A stretch of DNA of 64,000 nt, taken from assembly GCA_029258835.1 (NCBI GenBank), contig JAPDJY010000035.1, positions 32,001 to 96,000 of the forward strand, given 5' to 3'. Positions 58,334-64,000 of this stretch are shown here, one piece after another (the stretch's first letter is position 1; every line of letters starts with the position of its first letter). Below the pieces are notes generated by a model. That model was given only the letters and a program-made list of their open reading frames with translations, searched no databases and was not told where the DNA came from. The translations under genes and the position numbers were made by a program. The stretch comes from Thermoproteota archaeon (GTDB taxonomy: Archaea > Asgardarchaeota > Jordiarchaeia > Jordiarchaeales > Freyrarchaeaceae).

Positions 58334-59512
58334 CTAAATCACTTTTTCCTCTCTCAGCCTTTTAATCTCTTCCTCACTATAGCCTAGTTCTTTAAGGATC
58401 TCTTCCGTGTGTTCCCCTAGAAGAGGTGGATACCGCCTGATTACACTCCATTTCTCTGAAAATTTTAATGGGAATCCAACCTGCTTAATTTTTCCCGCCT
58501 TTGGATGTTCAACTTCCATTAGCATCTCACGGTGCAAAACCTGAGGATCAGAGAAGACTTCTTCTATCTCGTTAACAGGTCCGCAGGGCACGTCTGCATC
58601 CCCGAAAATCTTCAACCATTCATCTCTCGTCTTACTTCTGATTATTTGACGGATGATCCCGGATAGCTCTTCTCGTTTCTCAGGTGAAAGGTACGGATAA
58701 TTTTCAAGATCCAGCCTACCCACTGCCCTACAGAAGTTCCTCCAGAACGCCTCCTCCAGCATTCCCAAGGTGATGTACTTTCCATCACTCGTCTCGTAAA
58801 CGCCATAGCTACCCAGGCCCCCCGCTAAAATATTCTCCCCTCGCCTTGTAGCGACGCCACCTATAAGGTACATGCCAGCGTAGATTGAAAGCCATGAAAC
58901 CACTCCATCCAGCATCGAGACATCAACATATTGGCCTTTTCCAGTCTTCTCCCTCATAAGGAGGGCTGCCAGTATGCCTACGACCCCCATCATTCCCCCT
59001 CCACCTAAATCTGCTATGGGGACTCCTGGGATGATCGGAGGCTTACCCTTCTCTCCCGTTAAAGCGAGTATGCCGCCGATTCCTATGTAATTAATGTCGT
59101 GGCCGCTTTTTCTAGCATATGGCCCGTTTTGACCAAAGCCAGAAATAGAGCAGTATATTATACGTGGGTTCAACTTGCTAACAGTTTCATAATCTATCTT
59201 AAGCCTCTTTGCAACGCCGGGCCTAAACCCTTCAAGGACGACGTCGCTTTTCCTAATGAGCTTATAGAAGATTTCCCGTCCTTTCTCGCTCTTCAAGTTC
59301 AACGTGACACTTTTCTTGTTACGATTAACTGACATGAAGATTGCGCTTTCTCCATTAATGAAGGGCGGATTCCAGCGAGTCCAGTCTCCGCTCCCTGGTT
59401 CCTCGATCTTTATCACCTCTGCCCCTAGGTCGCCGAGAAACATGGAGCAGAAGGGGCCGGGAAGTAGCCGCGTTAAATCCAAGACGATGATCCCTTCCAG
59501 TGGAGCAACCAT
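58334..59512 (-). CDS. CaiB/BaiF family III CoA-transferase
   Basis: LPGPFC...L.DLGAEVIKIE, NRNKKS..L.LK, GFRPGV, GHDINY, LGEHT. Confidence 0.93.
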   Translation of the reverse strand: MVAPLEGIIVLDLTRLLPGPFCSMFLGDLGAEVIKIEEPGSGDWTRWNPPFINGESAIFMSVNRNKKSVTLNLKSEKGREIFYKLIRKSDVVLEGFRPGVAKRLKIDYETVSKLNPRIIYCSISGFGQNGPYARKSGHDINYIGIGGILALTGEKGKPPIIPGVPIADLGGGGMMGVVGILAALLMREKTGKGQYVDVSMLDGVVSWLSIYAGMYLIGGVATRRGENILAGGLGSYGVYETSDGKYITLGMLEEAFWRNFCRAVGRLDLENYPYLSPEKREELSGIIRQIIRSKTRDEWLKIFGDADVPCGPVNEIEEVFSDPQVLHREMLMEVEHPKAGKIKQVGFPLKFSEKWSVIRRYPPLLGEHTEEILKELGYSEEEIKRLREEKVI

Positions 59513-59561
59513 AAGGGTTCACCTCAATTTTTTCAAGTACTTGAAAAATAATGTAACCATT

Positions 59562-61094
59562 TTAATGTTTAAAGTGACGTTTACCAGTATGTATCATGAC
59601 CATGTCATACTCGTTGGCTGCCTCTGTGACTTCTTGGTCACGCTTAGATCCTCCCGGCTGTATAATGCACGTGATTCCTGCCTCCGCTGCTGCGTCTACC
59701 GTGTCCCTAAACGGTATGAAGCCGTCTGATGCTAGGGCGCCTCCTTTTGCCCGGTCGCCTGCTTTCTCTAAGGCAAGCTTTGCGGAATCAACTCTGCTCA
59801 TTTGCCCTGCTCCCACTCCTACAATCCAGTCTGGCGTAGAAACCACTATAGCATTCGACTTAACATGCTTCACTATCTTCCAGCCGAAAAGTGCTGCTTG
59901 AAGCTCCTTCTCCGTCGGCTTTCTCAGGCTTACAACCTTAAAACCTTCTACTTGCTCGTCTACCACATCCTCTGTTTGAACTAGTAATCCACCAGTCACC
60001 CTCCTGAAGTCTATTCCAGCACTACGCGGATTAAGGCGTGGAAGTCTGAGTACCCTTAGGTTTTCTTTTCTCCTAAGCTCGTTTAACGCAGCCGGCGTGT
60101 AGCCGGGTGCGACAACCGCCTCGACGAATGTGGAGGTAATCTCCTTAGCGACTTCTAAGTCAGCTTCTCTGTTCAGCCCGACTATACTGCCGTAAGCAGA
60201 CAGTGGGTCGCTTTCCCTAGCCTTAACGTATGCTTCACGTATGGTTTCCCCTATTGCTGCGCCACAGGGGTTCGTATGCTTAATTACAACAGCCATTGGA
60301 GACGTAAACTCTCTGACTATCTCTATGGCTGCATTTAAATCCAACATATTATTGAAGGATAATTCTCTTCCGTGAAGCTGCTCGGCGTCAACTACCGTTG
60401 CGTCCTCACTGGGATACGCCTCTCTATACAACGCTGCTACCTGATGCGGATTCTCACCATATCTTAAATTTTGAACCTTAACGAATTTGAGCGTTAAAAA
60501 TTCAGGTAATACTTCTTCCTCGAAAAACCTCTTGGAAAGAGTATATGCTATGAAGTCATCGTACTCTGAAGTGTATGCAAACGCTTTCACTGCAAGACGC
60601 CTTCTCGTTTCCTCCTTAACTTCTCCGTGTTGCTTCAGTTCGTCTATGACTATCTTGTAATCTTTAGGATCTACGACAACCGTGACGCGTTCAAAGTTCT
60701 TTGCTGCAGCCCTAACAAGGCTTGGTCCACCAATGTCGATGTAATCAACGAGCTTCTCTAATCCTTCTCTCACGGCAGCCTCCTTGAAAGGGTACAGGTT
60801 GACGGCGACCAGGTCTATTGGCTTTACGCCTAGTTTTTCAAGTTGCTCTAAGTGATCTTTTCTATCTCTAGCCAAGACCGCACTGTAAATATACGGATGT
60901 AAGCTTTTAACTCTGCCATCTAGAAGCTCTGCGAACCCTGTTAGCTCAGACACCCTCTTGACGGGCAACCCCTTAAGCGCTTTAGCAGTTCCATCCGTTG
61001 CAATTATTTCAACGCCCATCTCATGGAGGGCGGCTGCAAACTCGTAAACTCCCTTCTTGTCCCAGACGCTTATTAGGGCCCGCTTAACCTTCAC
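59562..61094 (-). CDS. purH: Bifunctional AICAR transformylase/IMP cyclohydrolase (bacterial type)
   Basis: ALISV.DK, GRVKSLHP, IDIGGP, LRYGENPHQ, KHTNPCG, KSNA, GQMSRVDS, RHFKH. Confidence 0.96.
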   Translation of the reverse strand: MKVKRALISVWDKKGVYEFAAALHEMGVEIIATDGTAKALKGLPVKRVSELTGFAELLDGRVKSLHPYIYSAVLARDRKDHLEQLEKLGVKPIDLVAVNLYPFKEAAVREGLEKLVDYIDIGGPSLVRAAAKNFERVTVVVDPKDYKIVIDELKQHGEVKEETRRRLAVKAFAYTSEYDDFIAYTLSKRFFEEEVLPEFLTLKFVKVQNLRYGENPHQVAALYREAYPSEDATVVDAEQLHGRELSFNNMLDLNAAIEIVREFTSPMAVVIKHTNPCGAAIGETIREAYVKARESDPLSAYGSIVGLNREADLEVAKEITSTFVEAVVAPGYTPAALNELRRKENLRVLRLPRLNPRSAGIDFRRVTGGLLVQTEDVVDEQVEGFKVVSLRKPTEKELQAALFGWKIVKHVKSNAIVVSTPDWIVGVGAGQMSRVDSAKLALEKAGDRAKGGALASDGFIPFRDTVDAAAEAGITCIIQPGGSKRDQEVTEAANEYDMVMIHTGKRHFKH

Positions 61095-61105
61095 CAGACA
61101 CCCTC

Positions 61106-61981
61106 CTAGGCCTCTCTTCTTAAACTTTTTTTGGCTGCGTCTAAAACATTTTTCAGTAACATTGCCACCGTCATGGGACCTACTCCTCCAGGTACAGGCG
61201 TGATAGCAGAGGCTTTCTCTTTCACCCTTTCAAAGTCGACGTCGCCCACTATCCGCCCCTCAACCCTGTTAATTCCAACATCTACCACCACAGCTCCATC
61301 CTTTACCATGTCTTCGGTGATGAACATCGGCTTCCCAACGGCAACAACCAGAATGTCTGCCGACCTTGTATGGTCCGTGAGGTTAACAGTCTTTGAGTGG
61401 CACACCGTTACGGTTGCGTCCCTATTAGTCATCATAACCATTAAGGGGCGCCCGACAATTTTGCTCCTGTTAATTATAACTACATGTTTGCCTCTGAGTG
61501 AAATTCCCTCCTTGCTAAGAAGGGTTATTATACCAGTAGGTGTACATGGGGTGATTGCTTCATCACCAAGCAGCAAGCGACCCATGTTAACAGGGTGAAG
61601 GCCATCAACATCCTTCTCAGGGGGGATTGAAGTGATTATCCTATTTTCATCTAGGTGAGGCGGTAATGGAAGTTGAACAATTATACCGTGAATGCTACTC
61701 TCACCATTAAGTTTCTGTAAAAGTTCGATTACGTCTTCTTCACCTACGTTTTCTGGTAACGAGTACTTTCTGAACTCGAACGACGCTTCTTCACATGCCT
61801 TCCTCTTTATCCTCAGGTAAACTTCAGAGGCAGGATCACTGCCGACGAGAATAGCCGCTAGTCCTGGACGCACACCGTGCTCTTCCCATAGCAGTTTAGC
61901 TTCCTCGGCAAGCTGCTTTCTAATCTCTGCCGCAATTCTCCTTCCATCAATCACCCGTGCGCCCATCCCCCTAACCTCCAA
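61106..61981 (-). CDS. folD: Methylene-THF dehydrogenase/cyclohydrolase
   Basis: Y...K..AC, VQLPLP, KDVDG, PCTP.GI, RS.IVG.P, PVPGGVGPMT. Confidence 0.96.
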   Translation of the reverse strand: MEVRGMGARVIDGRRIAAEIRKQLAEEAKLLWEEHGVRPGLAAILVGSDPASEVYLRIKRKACEEASFEFRKYSLPENVGEEDVIELLQKLNGESSIHGIIVQLPLPPHLDENRIITSIPPEKDVDGLHPVNMGRLLLGDEAITPCTPTGIITLLSKEGISLRGKHVVIINRSKIVGRPLMVMMTNRDATVTVCHSKTVNLTDHTRSADILVVAVGKPMFITEDMVKDGAVVVDVGINRVEGRIVGDVDFERVKEKASAITPVPGGVGPMTVAMLLKNVLDAAKKSLRREA

Positions 61982-61983
61982 AG

Positions 61984-62014
61984 CACTCTTATGTAAGCGT
62001 GATTTATAAGAGTG
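61984..62014. promoter_or_regulatory. 9-bp inverted repeat overlapping the folD-purH TATA-like box (operator candidate)
   Basis: CACTCTTAT-N13-ATAAGAGTG; minus-strand TTATAAA overlaps one arm. Confidence 0.4.
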
Positions 62015-62131
62015 TGCGTAATCATCTTGCTTCCACGGAGATTTTACATGTTAACTTTCTCTACACGACGCAAGCCTTTTTAAATAGGTGCGTTTCCACT
62101 TCAACTCGAACACACCCGAAAAGGAGTGTGA

Positions 62132-62980
62132 GTTAGAACGTACGTTGCCTTAACCATAGACCTTGACAGGGACTACCCACTTCCGGTTAGGGGTAAGCTT
62201 GAAGCCTCCAGCTATATTCCAGACGGAAGACCAAACTTTACCTGTACAAAGACTGGATTAAGGGAAGTGATCCGCCTCTTGGAGGAAAACGGCATAAAAG
62301 CTTCCTTCTTCGTAGAAGCCGTAACTTTGCAGCACCTACAACTCCAAGAAGAAGAATCAATTAGACCAATCGCGGAGAACGAGGTTGGATGCCATGGACT
62401 AAACCATGAAGACCTCACCGGAAAACACACAGGTCTTCAACTCACGCCAACACAGCAACTTGAAAGTATTAAAAAAGCAACAGAAATTATAGCCCGTATA
62501 ACTGGCGTTAAACCGTTAGGGTTTAGGGCGCCTTACTTATCTATTAACCGTAGCATAGAAAGAATCCTTGCAGACTTAAATTACATGTATGATTCATCGA
62601 AGTATCTGGAAGTATTTAAGCCACCTCACCCATATTTTCTTGGGTGTAAGCTTATCGAGGTCCCTTTACCACTATATCCTATCGGCAAAAGGAAGGCAAC
62701 ACTTTACACTTGGACGCTGCTGGAGGGAAAAAGAACGCTTGAGGAATACAAGAATATTCTAACCACATATATAGAAAACGATGACGGAGGCATACTAATG
62801 GTTTCAACACATACGTGGCATCTAGCGTATAATATATCAAAATGTAAGAAGCTGCCTCCTAAACAAGTAAGAGAAAACATCTATAAGATACATGATCTTC
62901 TGGCGTACCTTGAATCCAAAGGAGCGCGCATAACCCCGATAGCAGAATATTTAAAGCAGAAGGGATTTTCCAAAGGATAG
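62132..62980 (+). CDS. Polysaccharide deacetylase (CE4/NodB-like)
   Basis: ALTIDLD motif lies upstream of the track start; KASFFV, EVGCHG..H, GFRAPY, YDSS. Confidence 0.85.
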   Translation, partial: VRTYVALTIDLDRDYPLPVRGKLEASSYIPDGRPNFTCTKTGLREVIRLLEENGIKASFFVEAVTLQHLQLQEEESIRPIAENEVGCHGLNHEDLTGKHTGLQLTPTQQLESIKKATEIIARITGVKPLGFRAPYLSINRSIERILADLNYMYDSSKYLEVFKPPHPYFLGCKLIEVPLPLYPIGKRKATLYTWTLLEGKRTLEEYKNILTTYIENDDGGILMVSTHTWHLAYNISKCKKLPPKQVRENIYKIHDLLAYLESKGARITPIAEYLKQKGFSKG

Positions 62981-63068
62981 GTTCTAACAGTCTAATTCTT
63001 TAAATTGAGTTTAAGTTTTATTTTTTAGAACGTGAAGGTTTCGCATAGGCGATTAATGAGGTGGTCTA

Positions 63069-63589
63069 GTGACCGTTTACTCATTTAGAGGGAAAACGCC
63101 TCAAATAGATCCTTCAGCCTTTATCGCCCCTAACGCCACGATAATAGGAAACGTTAGAGTTCTGAGAGATGCGAGCATATGGTTTAGCGCTGTGCTAAGA
63201 GGAGATCTTGAACTAATAGAGATCGGCGAACGAACAAACATTCAGGATAACGTGACTATACACGCTGATCCTGGATGCCCTTGCCGTATAGGCAACGATG
63301 TCATAGTAGGACATAACTCTGTTCTGCACGGTTGCACAATAGGAAATAACGTAGTGGTCGGTATGGGAAGTGTCATCCTTAACGGCGCGAAGATCGGGGA
63401 TGGAAGTATAGTTGGCGCGGGAACGGTAATAACCGAAAGAAAAGAATTTCCTCCAAATAGTCTTATAGTAGGAAACCCTGCCATACTTAAAAAGCAACTT
63501 TCTCCAGAGGTAATAGCTAGAATAAAAATGGTGCTGAGATCTACGTTCAATTAGCTCGAGATTACATAAAAATTCTCTCGGAAAAATAG
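63069..63589 (+). CDS. Gamma-carbonic-anhydrase-family hexapeptide protein with a 3' frameshift near 63528
   Basis: IWF.AVLRGD, NIQDN..IH, VGH...LHGC; the typical tail GAEIYVQLARDY is in a shifted frame. Confidence 0.85.
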
Positions 63590-63866
63590 AAGGTCCTTAT
63601 TAGAGCCGCCCATAAGAAAAACCCGAATATACAAGTAATTAAGAGGGCATTCGGCTACTAGCCTATAGTTTTAGAGGGCGCTTTAAGTTGGCATGTTATG
63701 ATATTGTGAGACGCGTCATAGAGGAGTTAGACGCTTTCGCTTCATTCAAACCTCCCTTATTTTCAAGTGTCCTGTTCAGTAACTCTACATATCTTTTTTT
63801 AAGAAAGAATGTGTTAAACGGGAGCATTTTCTCTCTTTTGAAGGGATTAAAGGAAATGCAGAAATT

Positions 63867-64000
63867 TTACAGGCGAACTCTACACTTTCGTGCTTTCATT
63901 TTCTCTTTACTCGCTTGCTTTATCACCTCCTTTTTTGCTCCCATCTTGGGATTAAACGAAGCTTTTACAATATTTCCTGTCACAGCATGCTTCTTAGCAA
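63867..64000 (-). CDS. Possible 3' end of a basic protein entering from beyond the window
   Basis: Open frame ..AKKHAVTGNIVKASFNPKMGAKKEVIKQASKEKMKARKCRVRL*; family not recognised. Confidence 0.3.
   Translation of the reverse strand, partial: AKKHAVTGNIVKASFNPKMGAKKEVIKQASKEKMKARKCRVRL

Noticed and set aside
62126-62134. In-frame GTG-TGA-GTT as selenocysteine readthrough
   Set aside because: Sec at residue 2 of a deacetylase is implausible and I saw no convincing SECIS
1-64000. CRISPR arrays, tRNA/rRNA genes, transposases, integrases, inteins
   Set aside because: None recognised; RpoA1 and TIP49 are normal length

Overview
Gene-dense archaeal chromosomal window, very probably from an Asgard archaeon. 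The evidence is a eukaryote-like actin (44085-45230), a Rab-like small GTPase, two roadblock/LC7 proteins, a TIP49-like ATPase, split RpoA1, SepRS and archaeal ribosomal proteins. Most genes are housekeeping: translation and RNA processing, F420/FAD/NAD/purine biosynthesis, and sugar kinase. I saw no rRNA, tRNA, CRISPR array or mobile element. Reading beyond the ORF track adds: two box C/D guide RNAs whose guides point at 16S C1402 and 23S G2251 (E. coli numbering), a structured leader before rpl15e, two micro zinc-finger ORFs, a partial second beta-CASP nuclease, a YkgJ pseudogene, a frameshifted gamma-carbonic anhydrase, and apparent CTG/GTT start codons. The best candidates for undescribed biology are three. 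(i) A putative membrane-trafficking neighbourhood (19.7-27.9 kb) combining a Rab-like GTPase, the arvABC/oapABC vesiculation operon, coiled-coil proteins and a cytoplasmic protein resembling the adaptin mu-homology domain. (ii) A DUS-like FMN TIM-barrel translationally coupled inside the cofE-cofD-X-cofC operon, a candidate archaeal dehydro-F420 reductase. (iii) Local strand-skew polarity switches, one of them in the middle of rpoA1. All family assignments come from motif recognition; no searches were run.
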